From positions 1 through 64,000 of the IMG/VR virus record IMGVR_UViG_3300025102_000018: a stretch of DNA of 64,000 nt. One strand, 5' to 3'. How positions within the stretch are numbered: position 1 is the first letter of the stretch; each line of letters begins with the position of its first letter. Below are positions 1 to 9,814 of this stretch, in pieces. The notes below the pieces were generated by a model. The model was not told the DNA's origin, did no database searches, and was given only the letters and a program-made list of their open reading frames with translations. The stretch comes from a virus. The position numbers were made by a program, and so were the translations under genes.

Positions 1-2088
1 CCTTTCCAAGAAAGTGCGCAAATTTTATTTCCAGAGAACCCGCAAGCAGCAGGGTCTAATGGATGGGGACCACCTATTGGTACAACTTCCTGGGTTCCAT
101 TTGAAGGAGGTGGGGTTGATTTAGGGTCTATGTGGTTACCGGGACAACAATATACTCTATGTGCATCTAATTATGTTGGAAACGGAGGGGACCCCAGTGT
201 AGTAGGATGGGCAGCGTGTTCACAAGCTTTGTGGCAAAGTTTAGGTGAACCAGAACCGGGAGACGTGGTAGGTTGGTTAGCGACTAATCTAAGTCTAAAT
301 GCAGTAATTGGTGGAGTTGGTGAGGTAAATCCAAACTATGCGGACTTGTATGGGGCTTCGATTTATGGTGGAGTTGAAAGTGCATATCCATATGCTTCCT
401 GTTTAAGATTTGTGGGTAAATTTGCCGAATATGAACTTATAGGAATTGAAGGGTTAGATTTAAACCCACCAAATCTACCGGCATATATAGAGGATGAACC
501 CCAACCTAATCTTCAAATGTATTTGGATGGTGGTTTTGTGGGTGACTATGGAATACTTTCACAAACCGGAGAGTTTGGTACAGGTTTAGAAACAGAACTT
601 GGTGCACCTGGATATCCAGGAACTTGTTTTGCACCTATGGTTACTAATTGTGAAAATTGTTCTACCTCACAAAGTACATTTTTGCAAAACAATTTAAATA
701 GTGAACAAGGTTGGAGTCCAACCAATAGTGCGTATTTTTATTGGTTTGGGTGTATGCATCCAGGAGCACTAAATTATAACCCAGAAGCGATATGTCCTTT
801 ACCTTTAAATTATTGTAATTTCGATGACGATTATAATCCAGATGTTAATAGAAATGAACAATATCATTTATGGGAACCCTGTGGAAACTCGGATAGTGTA
901 GGTTATGAATGGGAAGGAGCACCTAACTACTTTACCCAAGCCCCATCTCAAAACAGTAACACTTTTTATCAAATAATGGGAAGTCCAGAGATTGGACAAA
1001 TAATATCTTATGGTAACCCATCTGGTGCCAATTCCTGGTGGTGTTTAAAATATATGGGTTATAGTAATACTTTTGGGGTACAACCTACTACAAATACCCT
1101 ACCTCTTAACCCACCAGTAACTTTACTTGAAACTTATCCAGATTGTGTTACTTGTCAGTCCCCTGACCCGGACCTTCCTCCATGTGATTGTCCTGATACT
1201 ATTACCTATAATATAGATACAATAAACTCTGTAACTATTAATACTAATTTTACAGGATTTTATGACCCTACAGTACAATATAATGCAGGAGATGCGTTTG
1301 TTTTAGATTGGTATAATGATGGTTTAGGTCTTCTCACTTCTCACCCAAACCCAGAGTTTGTGGGCCTAATCAATGCACAAGGATTAACTAACCCTGTAAC
1401 ACAATTTGAATTACCACAATATATCGGAGGAGTGTGGGTTGCGGGAGGAGCTCCAAATACTGTATCTACACATCCGACATGTCCTATATCACCGGGACCT
1501 AGTTGTTATATATATTTAGGGACCAACACAACATCTACTATGTTAACTGCCTTACATGACCCTACACCAACAGGAGGAGGATATCAAGTTAGTGTTATAT
1601 TACCTTTAACACCAGGTCCATCACTTGCTAATGGGGGTGTTCCTTATTGGGCAGGCCCTTACGTCCCACTTTTTGGGTTTGAGTTAGATAGTGAGAGTCA
1701 AATATTACAACAACAAGGTTTATTACCCCTTAATAGGAATTTTGTATGTTGTACTTATTTAGTACCAGATTGTGCAGACCCAACAGCATTAAACTACAAC
1801 CCTAACGCGTTGTTAGGTTGTCCCGATAATAATGGTGATGGGTTACCAGATTGTTGTCTTTACTACACACCACCAACAATCATGCAAGAAAAAAAATGTT
1901 TACCTGCATTAACAAAAGAAGAGTTTTTGATGAATGTGTGTCAGAAACCAGAAACTCGTTCTGATGTATTTATTGAAAGAGGTAAAGTTTCAGTTTTTGA
2001 AAGATGTCAAAGACTGTCAGTTAACCCCACTATTGGTGAATTAGAACTTCACGGATATGGGTATTATAAATTTGAAAACCAAAGTTAA
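1..2088 (+). CDS. Virion structural protein, 5'-truncated; Cys/Pro-rich with C-x-(D/H)-P-x-A-L-N-Y-N-P repeats
   Basis: Frame is open from base 1 through the ATG at 130; motifs GCMHPGALNYNPEA and DCADPTALNYNPNA; first gene of the structural block. Confidence 0.6.
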   Translation, partial: PFQESAQILFPENPQAAGSNGWGPPIGTTSWVPFEGGGVDLGSMWLPGQQYTLCASNYVGNGGDPSVVGWAACSQALWQSLGEPEPGDVVGWLATNLSLNAVIGGVGEVNPNYADLYGASIYGGVESAYPYASCLRFVGKFAEYELIGIEGLDLNPPNLPAYIEDEPQPNLQMYLDGGFVGDYGILSQTGEFGTGLETELGAPGYPGTCFAPMVTNCENCSTSQSTFLQNNLNSEQGWSPTNSAYFYWFGCMHPGALNYNPEAICPLPLNYCNFDDDYNPDVNRNEQYHLWEPCGNSDSVGYEWEGAPNYFTQAPSQNSNTFYQIMGSPEIGQIISYGNPSGANSWWCLKYMGYSNTFGVQPTTNTLPLNPPVTLLETYPDCVTCQSPDPDLPPCDCPDTITYNIDTINSVTINTNFTGFYDPTVQYNAGDAFVLDWYNDGLGLLTSHPNPEFVGLINAQGLTNPVTQFELPQYIGGVWVAGGAPNTVSTHPTCPISPGPSCYIYLGTNTTSTMLTALHDPTPTGGGYQVSVILPLTPGPSLANGGVPYWAGPYVPLFGFELDSESQILQQQGLLPLNRNFVCCTYLVPDCADPTALNYNPNALLGCPDNNGDGLPDCCLYYTPPTIMQEKKCLPALTKEEFLMNVCQKPETRSDVFIERGKVSVFERCQRLSVNPTIGELELHGYGYYKFENQS

Positions 2089-2093
2089 GAATT

Positions 2094-3011
2094 ATGGCAT
2101 TAGGAGCATATGGAATAAAAAGACCAGCAGACGTATCCCCAGAGGACGTAGAAATAATTGTACACAGTACCCCTAATAGGGATTTTACTACTAATTTTAC
2201 ATTACAAAAATTAAATTCATCCGCGGTATTATCACCCTATGTACATAATGCTGATACCGGTGGTATGGCAGGTGTAGAAATATTAGGTGGTTTATATAAT
2301 TTAAAATTACCTACTAGTATATTTTCTACTAAAGGAATATATACGGTATACTTGAGACCTGCAGAAATTAGAACAAGTATTGTTGATTGTGGAATATTAG
2401 CAGCATTACCAAACGTAAAAGGATTGGTATTTGATATCAATGCTGTACCTGCAGAGTATAGAAATAAATTTACACCTATGAATTTAGTGGGTTTTAGAAT
2501 AGAATACTTAAAAAAATCTGGACAAAAAATACCTAATTTTTACAGAATCGTAACTTCTAATTTTTATTGTGAACCAGTACCAGCAAATCTATCTAATCCA
2601 CAACAAGTCTCCCCTAGGTATGTGTATAGTGATTCACCAACAAATTTAATGTTTTGTACGTTAACACCTACAAGTGCACCTACAACCCAACCAAATGCTA
2701 TACCATTTATTGGACAGCCAAACCAAGACGTTATTATTACAAATACTTATTTTAATCCGATTACTTTAGATATTGAAATGGTAGACCATAATTTTGAGAC
2801 ACTGGCTATTGCTCTATACGGGAATCAAACTAAATCTATTGAAGACGGGATATATACAATGTATGATTTATCAGGGGTTAACAACATATATAAACAATAT
2901 AATTTATTTGAAATTAGAGATGAGTTTGATGAAAAATTATATGAAGTTAGACAAGATAGAGGAAGTAATATAGATTTTACTAAACAATTTAACACAATAA
3001 TAGCACAGTAA
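2094..3011 (+). CDS. Conserved phage structural (baseplate-region) protein
   Basis: 305 aa ORF tightly coupled to neighbours in the tail module; no enzyme motifs. Confidence 0.5.
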   Translation: MALGAYGIKRPADVSPEDVEIIVHSTPNRDFTTNFTLQKLNSSAVLSPYVHNADTGGMAGVEILGGLYNLKLPTSIFSTKGIYTVYLRPAEIRTSIVDCGILAALPNVKGLVFDINAVPAEYRNKFTPMNLVGFRIEYLKKSGQKIPNFYRIVTSNFYCEPVPANLSNPQQVSPRYVYSDSPTNLMFCTLTPTSAPTTQPNAIPFIGQPNQDVIITNTYFNPITLDIEMVDHNFETLAIALYGNQTKSIEDGIYTMYDLSGVNNIYKQYNLFEIRDEFDEKLYEVRQDRGSNIDFTKQFNTIIAQ

Positions 3012-6000
3012 TGACAAAGTATTATTACCCACCCGCTCCTGGAAATGGTGCTGGCACTTTTAGTGATAACTTAGTTGGTCTCCAATTTACCAATGGGAGT
3101 TCACAGATGACTACTGCTAATTTTTCATCTTTTGGTGATTCGGGTGGTGAAAAGACAAATAGAAATTTTGAGTTGGGTGGGTTTTCAGCTCCTATAACCT
3201 TAGATAGTTTATCTACGAATCAACCACACCTGAATCAACACCTACTTAATTCTTCATTACAAATTACTTTTAATTATGATGATAGTATAATAACCGACCA
3301 AGTACTCTATGGTTCGATGAAAGAAAGATTTAGAGTTGCGACTAACGGTATAGTAGGATTTTTCCCGGGAGCTTTATATATGAGTGCGGTTGATATTACA
3401 GCATCAACATCAGGTAATTCTGTAGAAAGTATTTCCTATGACACTATATTAGATAGAACTACTATAGAGGTTTCTAAATTTACAATATCTAACCCATTTA
3501 ATATAGAATATACGGTTAATGGGTTAAAAGAAGTTATTTCTAATAATGACATAGAATTAGATTCACCTGTTTTTAATGGGATATCTAATACAGCGATAAG
3601 TGCACAACTAGGAAAAGTTTCACCTCTTAGGAATTTTAGTAAAGAATATACTAAATATTCTTTATCCTTTAGTGGTCAAGCTAATGAAAAAGAATATGCT
3701 TTATTAGATTATAGTCCTATTACAGAAGATGAAACAAAATTAAGAATAATAATTAAAGGAGCTCCTTTTGGTACTACAGCTACCACTACCACAAAAAGAT
3801 TCTACATCAAACCTAATTCTGAAGAGTTTGAAAACGCCTTTGAAAACTTTGACTCTATACAAAAATTTTTATTAAACAGAAACACTACTCCACAATACAC
3901 CGCAGAAATCCAAATTACACCTACATTATCTTCAGGTGAAAAAGTAAAAACAAAATTAAAAGTTAGTTGGCCTAAAATTGATTTGGTTAATTTAGATATT
4001 AATACTAGTAGTTACGACAGTTATTTAGCTTCTTTAGTACAAATAGCTGATGAGTTTGACGAAGTAAAAACAAATTTAGTTTCTAGATTTCTAACTTCAG
4101 AGTCTTTAACCGAGTTTGATACTATTGATAGAAAAGTTGAAAAAACACTCCAAATTTACGGTAGAAGTTTTGATAATGTTAAAAGATTTATAGATGGTAT
4201 TGCGTACATGACTAATGTTACATATGACGGTAAAAACAATATACCTAATAATCTCTTAAAAAACTTTGCAAGAATGTTAGGGTGGAGAACACCATCTAGT
4301 ATTAGTAAAGTTGCTTTTTTAGATACCATATTACAACCAGGTGAAGCACAATTTTCTGGGGAAACGGTAGGTATGACACCAGCAGAGTTAGACATTGAAA
4401 TGTATCGAAGAATTTTAATGAATACAGCTTATCTATTTAAATCTAAAGGTACGAGAAAAGCAGTAGAGTTTTTATTACGATTTATCGGAGCTCCTCCCGC
4501 TTTAGTCGAATTTAATGAATATGTTGTCTTAGCTGATAACAAAATAAATCTAAATCAGTTTAATAGTTTATTTGCAACAATATCTGGTGGTTCAGTAACG
4601 TATTCAGGGGTAACTATAGAAACAGGAATGACACCAACAAATAATATGGTTGTCACGACCTCAACAACCCAAACTCACGGATTTTCACGAAGTGACTACC
4701 CAATCGACAATGAAGGGTACCCAACTAAACCAGAAGAAACGAGTAGTTACTTCTTCCAAAGAGGTGCAGGTTGGTACGAACAAACACCAGAACACCATGG
4801 AGAAACTGTTGTAGATTTACAAAATTCTATATTTTCTGGATGTTCACCTGACATTGTAACAATGTTAAACCCATTTACTTGGGGTGGATTTTTTGGCGAC
4901 GGTAGTAAGTCCAACGACCCATCTGCACCATATTTAGAAAGATTTAGAAGATTTCCATTGATGAATTATGGTTATGGGTTAACTAAAGAAATTGATGATA
5001 AAAAATCTTGGTTAAAAATTGACGAAGATAATGAAATTAGGGAGTATAACTTTAACAATGAAAGATTCGCTTTCTACCAAACCTTCGATGAAAGACTAGT
5101 ATTAAATGTTAAAAATGTTGATTTATTCTTAAATATTGGTCAAGGATTAGCTTATGATGTGTGGCAACAATCTGTATTAAGTGGTTGTCCGTTTAGTGGT
5201 GGTGTTTTAGACCCATCAGTATATTCATCACGTGGTGGTAATGATAGTACACATCCTGAGATAGATGCTGCTGACTTTAGTTTTAAAAAGTTTGTAGAAG
5301 GTTTTTGGAAAGTATATATTAATGTAAAAAATAGAATGACCATCGATGATGGTAAAACAGGTGGGTACCCTAATCTACAACAAATTTATATAAATTATTT
5401 AGCACAACATTGTGGTAGTAATAATCAGTATACCTATCAAAAAATGATAGACTATTCCTTAGCTCTAGGAGATTACTGGATAAAACTAATAGAACAATTA
5501 TTACCAGCTACTACATTATGGCAAGGAGGTATAAAATATAAAAATTCAGTATTCCATAGAGATAAGTTTGTTTATAAAAATGACCCCGCAAGTGCGTCAA
5601 CCATAAACCAACCAATATCTTCTCAAACTGAAACAAATTATTGTATACCTTGTCCATTTAGTGGTGCGGTCATCGATAATACAATTCCTACTCAGGTTAG
5701 ATTTTCAGCTAATACATGTGGTGATGATTCTAGTTGTTGTGAATTATGTTCTAACAACCTTCTAGGTACGTTCCCAAATGGTAACCCAGTTCCTGAGGGA
5801 TTTGGATGTAAATCTACATGGTTCCAACAATGGACAAGTACATATGTGACCACCCCTTCTAATTGTAGTAGTATTAATAATAATATAAGAATTTTAGCTC
5901 AAAACTTTTTAAGTAATAGTATGAGTATTAGTAGTGCTTACAACTTTACTCTACCCCAATCCAATAATAATGTTATGGTGGGGGAAAAGTTTATAGAATA

Positions 6001-6046
6001 TACAAATCCTCTACCACCATGGGGGTATAACTATATTGTTAAGTAA
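3011..6046 (+). CDS. Baseplate wedge/tail protein (P2 gpI-like segment)
   Basis: IPNNLLKNFARMLGW...YRRILMNTAYLFKSKGTRKAVEFLLRFIG resembles the 'KGT' motif region of baseplate wedge/tail proteins. Confidence 0.6.
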   Translation: MTKYYYPPAPGNGAGTFSDNLVGLQFTNGSSQMTTANFSSFGDSGGEKTNRNFELGGFSAPITLDSLSTNQPHLNQHLLNSSLQITFNYDDSIITDQVLYGSMKERFRVATNGIVGFFPGALYMSAVDITASTSGNSVESISYDTILDRTTIEVSKFTISNPFNIEYTVNGLKEVISNNDIELDSPVFNGISNTAISAQLGKVSPLRNFSKEYTKYSLSFSGQANEKEYALLDYSPITEDETKLRIIIKGAPFGTTATTTTKRFYIKPNSEEFENAFENFDSIQKFLLNRNTTPQYTAEIQITPTLSSGEKVKTKLKVSWPKIDLVNLDINTSSYDSYLASLVQIADEFDEVKTNLVSRFLTSESLTEFDTIDRKVEKTLQIYGRSFDNVKRFIDGIAYMTNVTYDGKNNIPNNLLKNFARMLGWRTPSSISKVAFLDTILQPGEAQFSGETVGMTPAELDIEMYRRILMNTAYLFKSKGTRKAVEFLLRFIGAPPALVEFNEYVVLADNKINLNQFNSLFATISGGSVTYSGVTIETGMTPTNNMVVTTSTTQTHGFSRSDYPIDNEGYPTKPEETSSYFFQRGAGWYEQTPEHHGETVVDLQNSIFSGCSPDIVTMLNPFTWGGFFGDGSKSNDPSAPYLERFRRFPLMNYGYGLTKEIDDKKSWLKIDEDNEIREYNFNNERFAFYQTFDERLVLNVKNVDLFLNIGQGLAYDVWQQSVLSGCPFSGGVLDPSVYSSRGGNDSTHPEIDAADFSFKKFVEGFWKVYINVKNRMTIDDGKTGGYPNLQQIYINYLAQHCGSNNQYTYQKMIDYSLALGDYWIKLIEQLLPATTLWQGGIKYKNSVFHRDKFVYKNDPASASTINQPISSQTETNYCIPCPFSGAVIDNTIPTQVRFSANTCGDDSSCCELCSNNLLGTFPNGNPVPEGFGCKSTWFQQWTSTYVTTPSNCSSINNNIRILAQNFLSNSMSISSAYNFTLPQSNNNVMVGEKFIEYTNPLPPWGYNYIVK

Positions 6047-6051
6047 ATGTT

Positions 6052-9000
6052 ATGAAAAAATGTTTTTGTGAATGTAATAGTGGGAAAGTTTTTTATGTAG
6101 AAACTAATCAGTCTTGCAAAAAAGAATGTGAAAAATATGCTAGTAGATGTGGTGATAGAAACCCTACTGGATTACGTTCCTACGGTGATACGTCATCTAG
6201 TACTTCTAACAACTCAAAAGAAGAAGTTAAAACAACTACTTATAATTTAGAAAGTGTAATAGGTAAGTTAAATATTAAAGATTTCTTATCTTCACTCAAA
6301 ATTAATGTTTATGCGACAGGTACTTTTCTTAAAAGATACCCATCTAAAGCGCCATTTATTAGTTTTGTCTATAATGACACACAACCTATACAATTATTTA
6401 TTAATCATGTAAATGGTGAAATAAAAGAAGGGTTTCTATACTTCCCTAAAGGGTCTCTAACTGCGGTTGGTAACAAACCTATGCCACCTATGTTGACAAG
6501 GGGTGAAACATTATACAATACTTCTGCAGTTATACAACTACAAAACACCCAAGGATACTTTGAATTTAGGCCTTTAAAGTTTGGTAAATTTACAACAGCC
6601 CCAACTCAACCACAACTTTACAAAAACAATGAACCTGCTTTTAGAAGATTAAACACCCCTATTGGGGGAAAAACACACGCAATTCAGATGGTTTTTCCAG
6701 AGTGGAAGCCAATTGATTTTAATAGAAGTACCCTAGGTTTTGATATTGATTTTATTTTTAAAACTGGTAAAAAAATTCATAATAAATTTTTAATTAAACC
6801 AGACTTAACTAATGTTATTGAAAATATAGGAAATGAAATTCCTATAACCATGGTAGCACAAAAAGGAGACGGTTCATTACCAAAAATATCAACTGTATAC
6901 CAATCCCTTACAAATAATGATATAGAAAGAGGTGTGGTAAAATATGATTATAATAGTGTTTTTGGGGGTTCATTTAATGCGTATCAACTTCTTAAATCAG
7001 AAGTTTATATTGTAGAAAACACACAAAAATATGATTTATCTATAGGTGGTTATTTGGATAATAACACTAGACACTTACCTTATAATGTATCAAGAAGTGT
7101 AAAGAATAATGAAATACATCCTAGTGACCCATATAGAGTTAACGGACAAATTCGTTATCCTCTGAATTGGCCTTTAGATTTACGAAACAACAAAGTTTTT
7201 ACGGAAGGAAATAAATGTTTAGTTTTAAAATTTACATCAAAAGAACAATCTAACGCTTTTACCCAAATCCTTAAACAGAATCAAATCGCAAATTTAGAAA
7301 CTGATATGTACTATGATACTAATGGTATCATCCAAAAAAAACCTAGATTTTATAGTAATATTAACGAATGGTTAGAAAGAAGTAATTCAGATATTTTTTC
7401 CGACTTAGTAGTGGGGTATGATAGTTCCTCTAATCTTGAGAGTATAGAAATTTGTCCATCAAAAGAAACCGTACTAGGTGAGTATGAGAATATGATACCT
7501 AAAAAGGGGGCCAAATGTCAATGTAAATTTTCTGATGTGGGTGACGCGATAATTACTACTTACGATGTAAATTGTCCGGGTGATGATTGTACGAGTTGTT
7601 GCCAACAAGAAAAGGAAAGAAAAGGTTGGGATAACTGCTGGACTTGTAGTACAGATGTATATGCCCCAATCTCTGACATATACACAGATTTTTTTACTAC
7701 CACTTATTCTCCAGTAAAAGAAGAATACAATAACCAACCAATCTATACGGCTTATACTAGCGGTTCACCTACTGGTGATACTACTTTTGATATATTCTAT
7801 TCAGGCGTTGTAACTAACCAAAGTCACTCTTTTTCTGCGACTAACATTACAGTCCCAATATTACTAGAAAAGACTAAAAGAAAAAACGATTTTGGTTTTG
7901 TAGGGGTTAACTCGTCTAAAAACTATATACCCTACACACCTTCCCAAGTAAAACACACAAACAATGGGCCTTTACAAATTAGAACTACTAGTCCAGAAGA
8001 TTTTATGTCATATAATGTATTAAGTGGTGGGACTTATAGATTTATGTACTCCGCGTATTTAGATTTTAAATATAAAGATAATAAATGGTGTGAGTATGTA
8101 GTAGATAACTACTTGTCAGGAAAAACATCAGCGTATGACTACCCTACAACTCAATACGACGTTAAAAGACTAATCAACACCTCAATCATTCAACTAGGTG
8201 ATGGGGAAGATGGTGCTGTAAATACAGGTACCAATGGTGGTGTATCAGTTCCATCTGGTGGTCTCGCTTCAGGAAGCGGACTGACAGATTTTGATTTTTC
8301 TGTATATCTAGAAAAAACTAGTACTGGTGGTACAAAAACAAAGTTAGCAAGTTTTAGTGTCGGTAGGTCTGATATTTTTGGAAGAGCAAACGAGTACTTA
8401 ACTTTAGATTTAAATAGGGGTGAAAGTATGAGTGGATTTTCTAATTGTACTAAAAGTGAGTCTACGGGTAACACTATATTTAGAAAACAAATTCCTATAA
8501 CAGTTGATTCTGGTTTAGTAGAATTAATGAGTGGGGAAACTGTAAATTTAAAATATGATGCAATTGTAAGTGGTACTTCTAAAGTTGTTGGTGGAACTAT
8601 TACCGTAGAATTAAATGTAGGTCATAAGTTAAATGTGAGTGGTTCATCTATTGAATCTCCTTTTTACAGGGTCATACGTAGTGCAACTGGAACCACAGAA
8701 AAAAATATATTCTTTAATCAGAATGAAATAAGTGAAGAACAATATATAGCTCCTGATAAAACCCTTAAAACAGCAAGAAGTCAAGGTAAACTATACGTTG
8801 TTAATCAAAATTATTCACCTATAACACCACCTACTATTAACGATAGTAATTTTAATTCTAATTTAACTTTTGTGGACAATCAAACTGATAGTACTACACT
8901 AAGTTTACCTACCAGAAACAATAAACCTTCTAATAACTGGGCAGTACAGTTAGAAAATGGAAGAATAGAGGACTATTATATTAACAACACCCAAAGAAAA

Positions 9001-9804
9001 TTAGTGACTATGAGTAATGGGGTGATAACATTCAACATACCAAAGTATAACCAAGACTATTCAGTAAGATGTAACTATAGTTTTCCAAGTATTAACCATA
9101 GTTATGTTTTAAAAAATAGAATATCTAACGGTATAACCTCTTTTGACCATTTTATAGTTATCACACCATCATCTAATATGTATATACCGTGTTTTACCCC
9201 ACCTTTAGATGAAAAATTTGACCTATTACAGAATACAAATCTAAATGATAGATTAATAACCTACACTAATAATGTGATTAATATAGATGGGCAAGAAATT
9301 ATTATAAGACCTTCTAGAAGTAACCCTAATACTAATAGTTTAAATGATTTAAATACAAAATGTCAATACTATTGTGTATGTGAAAACACAAGAACACCAA
9401 ACGTAGACCCATTTTTTGGGACAACTAATATTATAACCAAAACTAATATTGGTAATTGTGAGGACTGTGAAAAAGAAGCGGCTATTTATTGTGAAAACAA
9501 TTATCCGGGATGTAAACCTAAAATATTATTAGGTGTATGCAACACCAATAAAGATAATTTATACACTAAAGGTGGAGAATATTTACTTCCAGGTGGAAAA
9601 AATTATATTGGCTTTTATCATTATCACGCACAAACTGGAAAATATATGGTGGGTCCTCGTCACGTAACAACATCACACGAAACTTTAACCCCTATAAATC
9701 CTATAACAACAACAAGGACTAGTGGTAGGGTAATGGTAAGTAATAACACAACATATAACACATCATCGGGAGGTGGAGGTACTTCTTCTGGTGGTGGATA
9801 CTAA
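6052..9804 (+). CDS. Large virion protein with three Cys-rich modules and a Gly-rich GGGY C-terminus
   Basis: 1250 aa, S/T/G/N-rich, in the structural block. Confidence 0.5.
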   Translation: MKKCFCECNSGKVFYVETNQSCKKECEKYASRCGDRNPTGLRSYGDTSSSTSNNSKEEVKTTTYNLESVIGKLNIKDFLSSLKINVYATGTFLKRYPSKAPFISFVYNDTQPIQLFINHVNGEIKEGFLYFPKGSLTAVGNKPMPPMLTRGETLYNTSAVIQLQNTQGYFEFRPLKFGKFTTAPTQPQLYKNNEPAFRRLNTPIGGKTHAIQMVFPEWKPIDFNRSTLGFDIDFIFKTGKKIHNKFLIKPDLTNVIENIGNEIPITMVAQKGDGSLPKISTVYQSLTNNDIERGVVKYDYNSVFGGSFNAYQLLKSEVYIVENTQKYDLSIGGYLDNNTRHLPYNVSRSVKNNEIHPSDPYRVNGQIRYPLNWPLDLRNNKVFTEGNKCLVLKFTSKEQSNAFTQILKQNQIANLETDMYYDTNGIIQKKPRFYSNINEWLERSNSDIFSDLVVGYDSSSNLESIEICPSKETVLGEYENMIPKKGAKCQCKFSDVGDAIITTYDVNCPGDDCTSCCQQEKERKGWDNCWTCSTDVYAPISDIYTDFFTTTYSPVKEEYNNQPIYTAYTSGSPTGDTTFDIFYSGVVTNQSHSFSATNITVPILLEKTKRKNDFGFVGVNSSKNYIPYTPSQVKHTNNGPLQIRTTSPEDFMSYNVLSGGTYRFMYSAYLDFKYKDNKWCEYVVDNYLSGKTSAYDYPTTQYDVKRLINTSIIQLGDGEDGAVNTGTNGGVSVPSGGLASGSGLTDFDFSVYLEKTSTGGTKTKLASFSVGRSDIFGRANEYLTLDLNRGESMSGFSNCTKSESTGNTIFRKQIPITVDSGLVELMSGETVNLKYDAIVSGTSKVVGGTITVELNVGHKLNVSGSSIESPFYRVIRSATGTTEKNIFFNQNEISEEQYIAPDKTLKTARSQGKLYVVNQNYSPITPPTINDSNFNSNLTFVDNQTDSTTLSLPTRNNKPSNNWAVQLENGRIEDYYINNTQRKLVTMSNGVITFNIPKYNQDYSVRCNYSFPSINHSYVLKNRISNGITSFDHFIVITPSSNMYIPCFTPPLDEKFDLLQNTNLNDRLITYTNNVINIDGQEIIIRPSRSNPNTNSLNDLNTKCQYYCVCENTRTPNVDPFFGTTNIITKTNIGNCEDCEKEAAIYCENNYPGCKPKILLGVCNTNKDNLYTKGGEYLLPGGKNYIGFYHYHAQTGKYMVGPRHVTTSHETLTPINPITTTRTSGRVMVSNNTTYNTSSGGGGTSSGGGY

Positions 9805-9814
9805 AAAATAAGTT

